From an uncultured Candidatus Saccharibacteria bacterium (GTDB lineage Bacteria; Patescibacteriota; Minisyncoccia; Phycocordibacterales; PALSA-1337): DNA of 64,000 bases. The translations under genes and the position numbers were made by a program. The stretch lies in the NCBI GenBank assembly GCA_964495685.1, contig CAZBVQ010000001.1, positions 169,521-233,520 on the forward strand, written 5' to 3'. This document shows, piece by piece, positions 26,652-38,018 of the stretch (position 1 is the first letter of the stretch; each line of letters begins with the position of its first letter). The notes below the pieces were generated by a model that worked only from the letters and a program-made list of their open reading frames with translations, made no database searches and was not told the origin of the DNA.

Positions 26652-27359
26652 ATGAAGGTGTCGTACACATTTCCAATCTTTGATCCCAGAACGGAGTCTG
26701 GGACAAGCATTCAATCTTCGATGCGCTCCGGATTTACCTTGGTTGAATTGCTCGTGTCCGTAGCCATCTTCGCCTTGATGACTGCGCTTGTAGTCGCCAA
26801 ATACGGTGCATTCAATCAGAGTATTTTCCTAACCAATCTTGCATATGATGTGGCGCTGACAGTGCGGACGGCACAGACGTATGGGTTGAGCGTCAAGTCG
26901 ACGGCAACAACGGGTACGTATAGCTCGCCTACCTATGCGTATGGTGTCACCATCGGGACCGATTCCATAAGCTGCGCAGGATCGTCGTCCAATGCCACGC
27001 AATTTCTAATGTTTACTGATATTGGCACTACTCCCAATGCGATATGTGATGCGGGAGATACACTCGTCTCTACCTACGCACTCAAGCGCGGAGCGACGGT
27101 ATACCAGGTCTGTGCGGGTGGATCTAGTTGTACGCCTGGGTCTGGTCGACTGGATGTGACGTTCAAGCGTCCTGATCCCAAGGCGACTATCTGTTTCAAT
27201 TCCTCTTGTACGCATAGTTTCGCTCAGATCGTGCTCAAGGCCCCTGATGGTACCACCAAGGCAGTCGAAATTCGCAGCACTGGCCAGATCTCGGTCACTG
27301 ACGGATCTGTCCAAGATGCTCAGCAAGGCGGTGGAGGGGAGGAAGATAATCCTCAATAA
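26652..27359 (+). CDS. Minor pilin / pseudopilin (mature start near RSG|FTLVELLV)
   Basis: SGFTLVELLVSVAIFALM prepilin motif. The ATG at ~26721 is the likely true start. Confidence 0.75.
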   Translation: MKVSYTFPIFDPRTESGTSIQSSMRSGFTLVELLVSVAIFALMTALVVAKYGAFNQSIFLTNLAYDVALTVRTAQTYGLSVKSTATTGTYSSPTYAYGVTIGTDSISCAGSSSNATQFLMFTDIGTTPNAICDAGDTLVSTYALKRGATVYQVCAGGSSCTPGSGRLDVTFKRPDPKATICFNSSCTHSFAQIVLKAPDGTTKAVEIRSTGQISVTDGSVQDAQQGGGGEEDNPQ

Positions 27360-27373
27360 ATCTACATAGTATA

Positions 27374-28045
27374 ATGACAGTATTACATACGAGACATACA
27401 CATACGCGCACAGGATTCACTCTCGTTGAGATCATTGTGTCTTTGGCGATATTCGCCATTGTCGCTACGGTCGCTCTCGGAGCACTCGTCAAAATCGTAT
27501 CAGCCAACAAGAAGGCGCAGGCAGTCCAGGAAGCGGTCACCAGTCTCAATTTCGCACTCGATGCCATGTCTCGTGAGATGCGTGTTGGGCGCAATTATTA
27601 TTGTCAGGAAGGCACTTCATTCATGCTCGGCAGTCTCAGTCAAGACTATACCAGTGGCACGAGCGGTACTACCAAGTGTCCGGTCGGTGATGATCGTCGT
27701 AGTGGTAATGGTGTCGGCCACGTGATTGCATTCAATTCATCGAAAGTCGATCGTACGGACCCTGCCAATCCTTGTAATTTGATATATGCGTATGCACTCA
27801 CTCCAGTCGGAGCGGGGTATAGTCTGTCGAAAGCTGAACAAGCGTCCTGTGGCGACACCTCGTATGCATTCAATTCGATCGTCGATCCCAATGTGACTAT
27901 TACGGGATATTACGTGCGCGCTCTGGCGACCTATACCAATCCATATCCACGTATGACGATCAGGTTGTCTGGCTATGCTGGTGTGGCTGAGAAGGACCGT
28001 ACGTATTTCGATGTACAGACGACAGTTTCGGCACGCGTGCAATAA
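27374..28045 (+). CDS. Minor pilin / pseudopilin
   Basis: TGFTLVEIIVSLAIFAIV prepilin motif. Confidence 0.75.
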   Translation: MTVLHTRHTHTRTGFTLVEIIVSLAIFAIVATVALGALVKIVSANKKAQAVQEAVTSLNFALDAMSREMRVGRNYYCQEGTSFMLGSLSQDYTSGTSGTTKCPVGDDRRSGNGVGHVIAFNSSKVDRTDPANPCNLIYAYALTPVGAGYSLSKAEQASCGDTSYAFNSIVDPNVTITGYYVRALATYTNPYPRMTIRLSGYAGVAEKDRTYFDVQTTVSARVQ

Positions 28046-28053
28046 TTCATCAT

Positions 28054-28704
28054 ATGAATATCAATCGTATACATATCATTCGCCGCCCAGTGATTCGATC
28101 GAAGACATCGAGTATGATTCGACGTTCGGTGCCCGTGACCTGTGCCGCCTTCACGATTGTCGAGACACTTGTCGCTATCACCATATTGATGATTGCCTTG
28201 GCGGGCCCTCTGGTAGTTGCTAGTCGTGGTCTCACCGGAGCGATCGTCTCAAAAGATCAGATGATTGCGTCATATCTAGCTCAGGAGAGTATGGAAATGG
28301 TCAAGAATCGCCGAGATAACAATATTGCTCAATACGGTGATGCCCAGAACAACTGGCTTCAAGGGTTCAACTATACTGGAGATACCACTGGTTCGTGTGT
28401 GGTCGACAAGCCCTGTGATATCAACGGTATCGACAGCACATCCGTCGGCATAGGTGATTATATTCCGAGCATAGTTACCTGCGATGCGGCGACGGGCTGC
28501 ATCATCTACTATTCGAGCACGTCGGGATACAATCATTCGAGTGGTTCGGTGAGCGGTTTTACTAGGCGCATGTATTTCCAAGATCGATCAGCCAATGCGG
28601 GTAATGTCCCCGAGAAAACGGTCCACGTACTGGTCAATTGGTACGAGGGGACGGTACCATACGAAATTCATTTGACGAGCGAGCTCGTAGCTGTATCACG
28701 ATAA
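28054..28704 (+). CDS. Minor pilin / pseudopilin (start probably internal)
   Basis: AAFTIVETLVAITILMIAL prepilin-like hydrophobic N-terminus. Confidence 0.65.
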   Translation: MNINRIHIIRRPVIRSKTSSMIRRSVPVTCAAFTIVETLVAITILMIALAGPLVVASRGLTGAIVSKDQMIASYLAQESMEMVKNRRDNNIAQYGDAQNNWLQGFNYTGDTTGSCVVDKPCDINGIDSTSVGIGDYIPSIVTCDAATGCIIYYSSTSGYNHSSGSVSGFTRRMYFQDRSANAGNVPEKTVHVLVNWYEGTVPYEIHLTSELVAVSR

Positions 28705-28705
28705 T

Positions 28706-29248
28706 ATGTCCACATTGCAAACTACACATCACAGACTACACAGAGGGTACACACTCTTATTTGCAGTGATTACGTCAGCGGTTGTTCTCGGCGTGGCGGT
28801 ATTCATTGTGACGATCAGCAAGAAACAGTACGCGCTTTCGGTGACGGCACGTGATTCGATGTATGCACTCTATGCAGCAGATAGTGCCATGGAATGTGCG
28901 TCGGTCGCTGACCTTGCGACGACGACTGGTTCCAATGCTCCGGCTACAGTCGTCCTCCATTGTAACAACGCTGATTCTGCAGGTGTCGCATTCGGTGGGC
29001 CTATATCCAATCCTGATGCCACTACGTGGCCGAGTGGGTTTGGCCTCTATCAGGCGCCAGACATTCTCGTCGTGTTGAATGATGGTACATGCGCCAAAGT
29101 GACTATCACTGATGGATACTATATTGACGGAACTGTCACGAAACACAAGACAGTTGTCGACTCACGTGGATACAATTATTGTGATGGAAGTGGTCCCAAG
29201 ACCAGCTCTCGCACCGTCGAGCGCGCACTCCGCCTGACGTATAGGTGA
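28706..29248 (+). CDS. Pilin-like protein (PilX-like)
   Basis: GYTLLFAVITSAVVLGVAVF N-terminal helix; last gene of the pilus cluster. Confidence 0.6.
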   Translation: MSTLQTTHHRLHRGYTLLFAVITSAVVLGVAVFIVTISKKQYALSVTARDSMYALYAADSAMECASVADLATTTGSNAPATVVLHCNNADSAGVAFGGPISNPDATTWPSGFGLYQAPDILVVLNDGTCAKVTITDGYYIDGTVTKHKTVVDSRGYNYCDGSGPKTSSRTVERALRLTYR

Positions 29249-29258
29249 CGATTCTAGT

Positions 29259-31377
<2,119 letters not shown>

Positions 31378-31446
31378 TCAACCCCCTAAAGCTCCCTGAT
31401 TGGGTACATGTTTAAATAGATGGATATTCTATGCTACAATCGCCTC

Positions 31447-31740
31447 ATGATAACTGTGAAGGAACTAGAAAACTTGGCCAACTTGGCTCGTATCAAACTC
31501 ACTGAAGACGACAAGAAGTCGTTAGTCAAAGAGTTTGATTCGATTCTAGGATATGTCGACCAGCTCAAAAAGGCCGACGTATCTATGGACGCCGAAGGCC
31601 GTGTCGGTGCGGTCAAGAATGTGACTCGTGCTGATGAGGTAGCCACTACTTCTGCCGAAGATCGTGAACGGCTCCTCAATGAGGCGCCTGATAGGGAGGG
31701 TGATTTCATTGCGGTCAAGAAAATAATTGCACAGGATTAG
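31447..31740 (+). CDS. gatC: Asp/Glu-tRNA(Asn/Gln) amidotransferase subunit GatC (ORF opens at 31420)
   Basis: ITVKELENLANLARIKLTEDDKKSLVKEFDSILGYVDQL, a typical GatC. Confidence 0.85.
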   Translation: MITVKELENLANLARIKLTEDDKKSLVKEFDSILGYVDQLKKADVSMDAEGRVGAVKNVTRADEVATTSAEDRERLLNEAPDREGDFIAVKKIIAQD

Positions 31741-31803
31741 GGAGGGGTGACGGCTTCTTTCTGAGATTTTTAAAGTGACCACATTTTAGTCAACTTACTT
31801 CAT

Positions 31804-33279
31804 ATGAAAATAGATCTACGGAACTTAACAATAATAAAAGCGCACGAATCCTTGAAGAAAGGCGACTTTACTGCTGTTGAGTTGACGCAGGCGTATCTGG
31901 ATATGATCAAAGCCAAGAATCCAGAAATTAATGCCTATCGTGAAGTATTTTCTGATGCGTTGGATCAAGCCGGGGAAGCAGACAAGAAGATTGAAGAAGC
32001 AAAAAAGCAAGGAAGCAAAGATTTTCCTGTACTTCTTGGTATTCCGTGCGCCATCAAAGATAACATCCTGATCAAAGGACGGATTGCGGGAGCTTCTTCG
32101 AAGATACTTGAAGATTATCACGCGACGTATGACGCGACTGTCATCGAGAAGCTCAAAAAAGAGGGGGTTATCTTCATTGGTCGCACCAACATGGATGAGT
32201 TCGCTATGGGTGGATCTACGGAGAATTCTGCTTACGGAGTGACCAAGAATCCCTACGACACATCACGAGTCGCGGGAGGTTCTTCGGGTGGTTCGGCTGC
32301 TGCGGTGGCCGCTGATATGGCATTGTTTGCACTTGGTTCGGATACGGGTGGTTCCATCAGGCAACCAGCTAGCTTCTGTGGGCTTGTTGGGTTGAAATCG
32401 ACCTATGGAGCAGTTTCTCGATATGGGGTTATGGCTATGGGGTCTTCACTAGATCAGATTGGCCCTTTTGCCAAGAATGTGGAAGATGCCGCTATCATTT
32501 TCGATATCATTCAAGGTAATGATAAGAATGATGGGACAACGATAAGTAAAGATACATATAAGCGAGTAAACAAGCCCATCTCTGCCAAGGCTACGACGGG
32601 CAAGGAAGGAAAAAGCAAAAAAGTCATCGGTGTGCCGAGACATTTCTTGAAAGAAGGTATTGATGTTGGAGTCATGAAGGCATTCGAGGCATCATTGGAG
32701 AAACTCAAAGAAGTGGGGTATGAGATCAAAGAAGTATCATTGCCGAACATTGGTTATTCATTACCAGTTTATTACGTCATTATGCCCGCAGAAGTGTCTT
32801 CCAACATGGCCCGCTTCGACGGCATGCGTTTTGGTCTTCATGTAGATGGTGCTGATGGTATCGCTGACTATTTCGAATCACGTCGAGCAGGACTCGGTCG
32901 TGAAGTCGTACGCCGCATCCTTCTTGGTACCTATGTACTTTCATCTGGTTATTATGATGCCTATTACAATCGCGCCAACGCTGTGCGTGACATGATTCGT
33001 GCTGATTTCATGAAGGCGTTCGAATCTGTCGATATTATCGCTACGCCGACCGCACCATCACCTGCATTCAAGATAGGGGAGAAGACAGCTGATCCAGTGG
33101 CTATGTATCTCGAGGACATTTTCACGGTGACGGCAAATATCACCGGTATGCCCGCTATTTCGGTACCGTGTGGTACTGTCGCGAAAGATGGAGTAGATCT
33201 GCCTGTCGGCATACAATTCACTGCTCGACACGGAGACGAGAAGACTCTATTTGGAGTGGGGAGAGAGTTGGAGTTATAA
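31804..33279 (+). CDS. gatA: Glutamyl-tRNA(Gln) amidotransferase subunit A (GatA, amidase signature)
   Basis: Amidase signature GGSSGGSAAAVAA and catalytic Ser-cisSer-Lys region. Confidence 0.93.
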   Translation: MKIDLRNLTIIKAHESLKKGDFTAVELTQAYLDMIKAKNPEINAYREVFSDALDQAGEADKKIEEAKKQGSKDFPVLLGIPCAIKDNILIKGRIAGASSKILEDYHATYDATVIEKLKKEGVIFIGRTNMDEFAMGGSTENSAYGVTKNPYDTSRVAGGSSGGSAAAVAADMALFALGSDTGGSIRQPASFCGLVGLKSTYGAVSRYGVMAMGSSLDQIGPFAKNVEDAAIIFDIIQGNDKNDGTTISKDTYKRVNKPISAKATTGKEGKSKKVIGVPRHFLKEGIDVGVMKAFEASLEKLKEVGYEIKEVSLPNIGYSLPVYYVIMPAEVSSNMARFDGMRFGLHVDGADGIADYFESRRAGLGREVVRRILLGTYVLSSGYYDAYYNRANAVRDMIRADFMKAFESVDIIATPTAPSPAFKIGEKTADPVAMYLEDIFTVTANITGMPAISVPCGTVAKDGVDLPVGIQFTARHGDEKTLFGVGRELEL

Positions 33280-33286
33280 TACTCCC

Positions 33287-33901
33287 ATGCCTTCTGACAT
33301 AGACACAGTGCCAGTCGTCGATGTGGGTCTGCCACAAATCGATATTTTCTCATTCCTGGCAAAGGTATATCATCACATTGTTGACTGGTTCCCGGCCATA
33401 TTCGGTGGTGCCAAGTCCACATTCGGTGTCATTGTCGGTATTTCTATTCCAGTCTCGTTCTTTCTCTTGATAGGGATTGTGTATTGTGTTGAGCAGCTCA
33501 AGTATATTCGCAAGAAAGAAGAGCTCATGTATGACACCAAGACCGAGCCGGCGTATCAAGAAGTTGGTGCAAGTGAGAGTGATGCCAAACTAGCCCATCG
33601 TTGGGAGAATGTTATCCGTCACATCGAATCGACGAATCAGAATGATTGGAAGCAGGCGATCCTCGAAGCAGATATGATGCTCGATGATATTCTCACGGCA
33701 ATGGGGTACCAAGGTGAGAGTGTAGGAGAGAAGCTCAAGAGGGTGGCCAAGGGCGATTTTGCTTCACTTAATGAGGCGTGGGAGGCGCACAAAGTCCGCA
33801 ATCAGATAGCTCATGAAGTTGGTTTCGGTCTCACGCATTATGCGGCACTTGATGCCGTCAACAAATACAAGAAAGTGTTCGAGGAGTTTTATTATATTTA
33901 G
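33287..33901 (+). CDS. Hypothetical membrane protein
   Basis: ORF 33251..33901 overlaps the gatA end. The ATG at ~33287 is the likely start, followed by a TM helix and a soluble C-terminal domain. Confidence 0.5.
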   Translation: MPSDIDTVPVVDVGLPQIDIFSFLAKVYHHIVDWFPAIFGGAKSTFGVIVGISIPVSFFLLIGIVYCVEQLKYIRKKEELMYDTKTEPAYQEVGASESDAKLAHRWENVIRHIESTNQNDWKQAILEADMMLDDILTAMGYQGESVGEKLKRVAKGDFASLNEAWEAHKVRNQIAHEVGFGLTHYAALDAVNKYKKVFEEFYYI

Positions 33902-33962
33902 ATTTTACTTCGTTCGCTTGTTGCAGTCATGCGACTACGGCTAAGCTCACTTTGTTCGCTTG

Positions 33963-34034
33963 TTGCGGGGAGCGGAATCGAACCGCTAATTTTCAGGTTA
34001 TGAGCCTGACGGGTTACCGTTACCCTACCCCGCG
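33963..34034 (-). tRNA. Initiator tRNA-fMet (CAU)
   Basis: Minus strand: CGCGGGG...CCCCGCA acceptor with the C1:A72 mismatch typical of bacterial initiators. Anticodon loop CTCATAA with G-C pairs closing the anticodon stem, and T-loop TTCGATT. Confidence 0.8.
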
Positions 34035-34122
34035 ATAGGAGTCCATTGTGCCACAAAGAGGGCTTCAACGCAAGGTATTATTTGCGCGAACGCCTTTTTT
34101 CGTCTATTGTATGGGGGCGCAC

Positions 34123-34196
34123 GTCGGCGTAGCTCAGTTGGTTAGAGCGTGGGACTCATAAGCCCAAGGTCGAAGGTTCGATCCCTTCCGCCGACA
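34123..34196 (+). tRNA. tRNA with CAU anticodon (elongator Met, or Ile2 if lysidinylated)
   Basis: GTCGGCG/CGCCGAC acceptor, D-arm GCTC-AGTTGGTTA-GAGC, anticodon loop CTCATAA, T-arm GAAGG-TTCGATC-CCTTC. Confidence 0.8.
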
Positions 34197-34321
34197 CACT
34201 TTGTTTTTTTGCGTTTTTCTGATAGATTACTATTCGTTCCTCACTTGCGGCCATATTTCCATATAGCCGCTACGCTCGGACCCGCATCCGAACGTAGACG
34301 TTTGGATCCGTGTCCTCACTT

Positions 34322-34395
34322 GCGGCCATAGCTCAACTGGTTAGAGCACTCGCCTGTCACGCGAGAGGTTGGCGGTTCGAGCCCGCTTGGCCGCG
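34322..34395 (+). tRNA. tRNA-Asp (GUC)
   Basis: GCGGCCA/TGGCCGC acceptor, anticodon loop CTGTCAC, discriminator G. Confidence 0.85.
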
Positions 34396-34401
34396 CAGAA
34401 A

Positions 34402-35043
34402 ATGCTTGTTTCTGGAGCAAAAACATTACCAATTGACCTCGATACGTTCGGGTTCGTCGAACGTGAGTTTGTTAATGGTAAAAGATTGAAAAATCAATGC
34501 GGGCGTGATTTCTTTTACTACACACTTACGTATTATCATCCTGAGTTGTTTAGCCCGTCGGGCCTAAATCCCCAGAAAATTAGTGAGCGGGGAATCTTCG
34601 GCCTACGTATGCCACTGGGTCTGATTTGGACAGGATTGTCGTTTCGGAAGATACCAAAACTTCTTCGGTCGCATGGTTTGCGTTTATCATTGAACAGTAG
34701 GGCTGTGCGGGGATATATTTCGCTGCTTCTAGGTATCTTGCCCCTCAGGCCGCAATCATTCGAAAAGGGGATACGAGATGTAGAAGAAGCGATCGATCGT
34801 CAGTGCGCGGTCGGCATCGATATTGCCATAAGTCTTGGTGGTTTGGGTGATCATGTCATGTTCGTGTACGGATATGATGAAGAAAATCTGTATGTATTTG
34901 ATACGCACCAGGCTTTCTGGCCTGATTATGACAAACTAACACCGGCAGGCGACAATCGTTTTGTTATGAAGTTGCCCAAGTCGGTCATCAAGAAACGCTG
35001 GACCATATTCAATCGTGTGTGGCTTGTTGCGCCAACGGATTGA
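34402..35043 (+). CDS. Hypothetical protein, possible papain-like/C39-like cysteine peptidase fold (weak)
   Basis: ORF opens at 34369 inside tRNA-Asp, so the true start is likely the ATG at 34402. Cys in NQCGRDFFYY and His in GDHVMFVYGYD are spaced like Cys/His peptidases. Confidence 0.4.
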   Translation: MLVSGAKTLPIDLDTFGFVEREFVNGKRLKNQCGRDFFYYTLTYYHPELFSPSGLNPQKISERGIFGLRMPLGLIWTGLSFRKIPKLLRSHGLRLSLNSRAVRGYISLLLGILPLRPQSFEKGIRDVEEAIDRQCAVGIDIAISLGGLGDHVMFVYGYDEENLYVFDTHQAFWPDYDKLTPAGDNRFVMKLPKSVIKKRWTIFNRVWLVAPTD

Positions 35044-35101
35044 AAAGCCACGTGATTTATACTATGATGCACTAGTTCCTATTAGTGCCAATCATTCGTA
35101 C

Positions 35102-35174
35102 GCCAATGTAGCTCAGTTGGTAGAGCACTCCCATGGTAAGGGAGAGGTCATCGGTTCGATCCCGATCATTGGCT
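35102..35174 (+). tRNA. tRNA-Thr (GGU)
   Basis: GCCAATG/CATTGGC acceptor, anticodon loop ATGGTAA. Confidence 0.85.
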
Positions 35175-35264
35175 CCCTACTTCGCTTTGCTTCGCAAGGC
35201 TTCGTAGGGCAGGCCCTTTGTTGTGCTTGCTCTGCGAAGCTCTGCGCATGTAGAGCGTAGCAGA

Positions 35265-35337
35265 GCCAAAGTAGCTCAGTCGGTAGAGCACCGCTTTCGT
35301 AAAGCGGGGGTCCCCGGTTCGATCCCGGGCTTTGGCT
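35265..35337 (+). tRNA. tRNA-Thr (CGU)
   Basis: GCCAAAG/CTTTGGC acceptor, anticodon loop TTCGTAA. Confidence 0.85.
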
Positions 35338-35365
35338 CAAAGATACAGTTCACCAGTCATCATTC

Positions 35366-36250
35366 ATGGCGACAAAAGAAGAAATACAGCAGAAAATAAA
35401 TGAGCTCGAGACGGCGATGGCTTCAGCTGATTTCTGGAACGACAAAACCAAGGCGCAGGCTAGCGTCAGGGAATTACAGCAACTCAAGATGGAGCTCGAA
35501 GGTGTCGGCAAACACGACAAGGGTGACGCTATCCTCTCGATACTTTCTGGTGCAGGCGGTGATGATTCAGAAGATTTCTCGGCCATATTGCTCCGTATGT
35601 ATCGCAAATATGCCGAGAAACAAGGCTGGGGCTGGTCGGTCATTCATAGCAATGAGAACGATCACGGCGGTTATCGTAACGTCACCGTTGAAATTTCCGG
35701 TAAAAACGTGTATGGGTCGCTCAAAAACGAATCTGGCGTCCATCGTCTCGTCCGCATCTCTCCGTTCAACTCGGCACAAAAGAGGCACACATCGTTCTCC
35801 ATGGTTGAAGTTATCCCGAAATTCGAGAAAGCATCTTCCAATGATATCGTCATTCCAGAAAGTGAGCTTGAAATTTCTATCGCCAAGTCAGGCGGTCCTG
35901 GTGGCCAGAATGTGAACAAGCGCGAGACGGCCGTCAGGTTGCTCCACAAGCCGACGAATATCTCTATTCACGTTACATCAGAGCGTTCACAGGCCCAGAA
36001 CAAAGAGAAGGCGCTCGATATTCTTCGTGCCAAGCTCTGGAAGAAGATGGAGGATGATCGCAAAGCCAAAGAGCGTGGTATGCAGATATCATCGACGACA
36101 GCTATTGAGTGGGGCAATCAGATCCGCTCCTATGTGCTCCATCCGTACAAGATGGTCAAAGATCACCGTACTGATGTTGAGACGTCCCAGGTGGATAAGG
36201 TGTTGGAAGGGGAGTTGCAGGAATTTGTCGATGCGGAGAAGGAACTGTAG
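35366..36250 (+). CDS. prfB: Peptide chain release factor 2 (short N-terminus, no programmed frameshift)
   Basis: SPF motif (RISPFNS), GGQ motif ([11 protein letters not shown]), contiguous 294 aa ORF. Confidence 0.9.
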   Translation: MATKEEIQQKINELETAMASADFWNDKTKAQASVRELQQLKMELEGVGKHDKGDAILSILSGAGGDDSEDFSAILLRMYRKYAEKQGWGWSVIHSNENDHGGYRNVTVEISGKNVYGSLKNESGVHRLVRISPFNSAQKRHTSFSMVEVIPKFEKASSNDIVIPESELEISIAKSGGPGGQNVNKRETAVRLLHKPTNISIHVTSERSQAQNKEKALDILRAKLWKKMEDDRKAKERGMQISSTTAIEWGNQIRSYVLHPYKMVKDHRTDVETSQVDKVLEGELQEFVDAEKEL

Positions 36251-36283
36251 TTTTTTATTGAAATCAAATGGTATACTAGGTGT

Positions 36284-36964
36284 ATGATCTACTACGACAA
36301 GGTATCCAAAATATATCCGGACAACTCAGTGGGTCTTGACGCGGTCAGTTTCGGCATAGAACCCAAGGAATTCGTCACTATCGTCGGTCAGTCTGGTGCA
36401 GGCAAGACCACGCTCATGAAGATGCTTATTGCCGAGGATCGTCCTACGGACGGGGCGGTCTTTTTCGAGTCTACAGATATACACAAACTCAACAAGCGTG
36501 ATATGAGCAAGTTGCGTCGCCGTATCGGTACCGTATTTCAGGATTTCCGCCTGATTCCCAACAAGACAGTCTATGAGAATATCGCTTTTGCCATGGAAGC
36601 CGCTGGCCGTACAGATGGTGAAATCGCTGCTGATGTGCCACATGTACTCGAGCTCGTCGATATTGGTCACAAGATCTGGAATTTTCCACACGAATTGTCT
36701 GGCGGTGAACGTCAACGCGTCGCAATCGCACGTGCCATAGTGACTCAGCCCGATATCGTGATCGCTGATGAGCCTACGGGCAACCTCGATCCGGTCAACA
36801 CATACGAAATCATCCGCATTCTCCAGAAGATCAATGAGCTGGGCACGACCATCCTGCTCACCACGCACAACAAGGGTGTCGTCGATACCGTCAAAGGCCG
36901 TGTCATCACCATGGAGAAGGGGAAAGTGGTGAGGGATGATAAGAGCGGCAAATATATTTTGTAG
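36284..36964 (+). CDS. ftsE: Cell division ATP-binding protein FtsE
   Basis: Walker A GQSGAGKTT, ABC signature LSGGERQRVAIARA, Walker B IVIADEPTGNLD. Confidence 0.92.
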   Translation: MIYYDKVSKIYPDNSVGLDAVSFGIEPKEFVTIVGQSGAGKTTLMKMLIAEDRPTDGAVFFESTDIHKLNKRDMSKLRRRIGTVFQDFRLIPNKTVYENIAFAMEAAGRTDGEIAADVPHVLELVDIGHKIWNFPHELSGGERQRVAIARAIVTQPDIVIADEPTGNLDPVNTYEIIRILQKINELGTTILLTTHNKGVVDTVKGRVITMEKGKVVRDDKSGKYIL

Positions 36965-36981
36965 TCTGTTATAATACAGGT

Positions 36982-37938
36982 ATGTTATTCACTACGTTCA
37001 GGCGCATCACTCGTACGGGCTTCGTCAATTTCTGGCGCAACGGCTTCTTGTCATTTGCCGCAATTGTGGTTATCACACTTTCGCTGTGTTCATTCGGCGC
37101 ACTTATTTTCGCTGGTGCATTCGGTCGCAGCATGATCGCTGAGGTCAAGGACAAGGTGGATATCAATGTCTATTTCACCCTCGAGGCGCCTGAGCAGGAT
37201 ATTCTAGCTCTCAAGAAAGACATCGAGCATCTCGATGAAGTTTCGAAGGTCGAGTACGTCTCCCGTGATACGGCGCTCGCCTCATTCAAGGACAAGTGGA
37301 AGGATAATGCTCTCATTATGCAAGGTCTCGATGAGATTGGCACCAACCCATTCCCCGCATCACTCAACGTCAAAGCCAAGGATCCTGGGCAATACGCGAG
37401 TGTTGTCAATTTCTTGAGCAACAAAGCGCCGACGAGTGCTGATGGTAGTCCGATTATTGAGAAGGTCAATTATCAGCAGAACAAGCTCATTATTGACCGG
37501 CTTGGCCGTATTATCCCAGCGATTGAGCAGGCTGGGCTCATTGCGGGCATCATTTTCGTGATAGTAGCTATCATTGTTATTTGGAATACCATTCGACTTA
37601 TTGTCTATACAGCAAAAGATGAGATTTCAGTCATGAAATTGGTAGGTGCAAGCAACGTCTATGTCCGCGGGCCGTTGGTGGTCTCTGGCATTATGTATGG
37701 CGTAGTCTCGGGGATTATTACACTCATTTTGATGGCGGCATTTGCCTACTGGAGTGACGCTCTGGTGCTCAAATTTGCTGGTGTACAGGTGGCTTCTGAC
37801 TTCGAACTGGCCGTCAACATTCTTTCACGGTACTTTGTTCAGAATTTCGGCGCTATATTTGTGATTATTATAGGCGCAGGCATCGTTCTTGGTGCCATTC
37901 CGAGCTATATTGCAGCCCGCAAATATCTCAAAGTTTGA
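36982..37938 (+). CDS. ftsX: Cell division permease FtsX
   Basis: 4-TM FtsX-like permease with a large extracytoplasmic loop, immediately downstream of ftsE. Confidence 0.88.
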   Translation: MLFTTFRRITRTGFVNFWRNGFLSFAAIVVITLSLCSFGALIFAGAFGRSMIAEVKDKVDINVYFTLEAPEQDILALKKDIEHLDEVSKVEYVSRDTALASFKDKWKDNALIMQGLDEIGTNPFPASLNVKAKDPGQYASVVNFLSNKAPTSADGSPIIEKVNYQQNKLIIDRLGRIIPAIEQAGLIAGIIFVIVAIIVIWNTIRLIVYTAKDEISVMKLVGASNVYVRGPLVVSGIMYGVVSGIITLILMAAFAYWSDALVLKFAGVQVASDFELAVNILSRYFVQNFGAIFVIIIGAGIVLGAIPSYIAARKYLKV

Positions 37939-38018
37939 CGAATGTCGTTTTGTGATGGATGAGGACTCTTTCCACAGGGGAGAGTCTTGTTTTGCATGCT
38001 AAAATACGTGTACACGTC

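Noticed and set aside
35113-35340. 75 aa minus ORF across the tRNA-Thr pair
   Set aside because: It is composed of tRNA sequence and spacer, not a gene.
35366-36250. Possible programmed +1 frameshift in prfB
   Set aside because: The RF2 ORF is contiguous from the ATG just after tRNA-Thr, with no in-frame UGA frameshift window of the CUU UGA C type. RF2 is simply N-terminally short.
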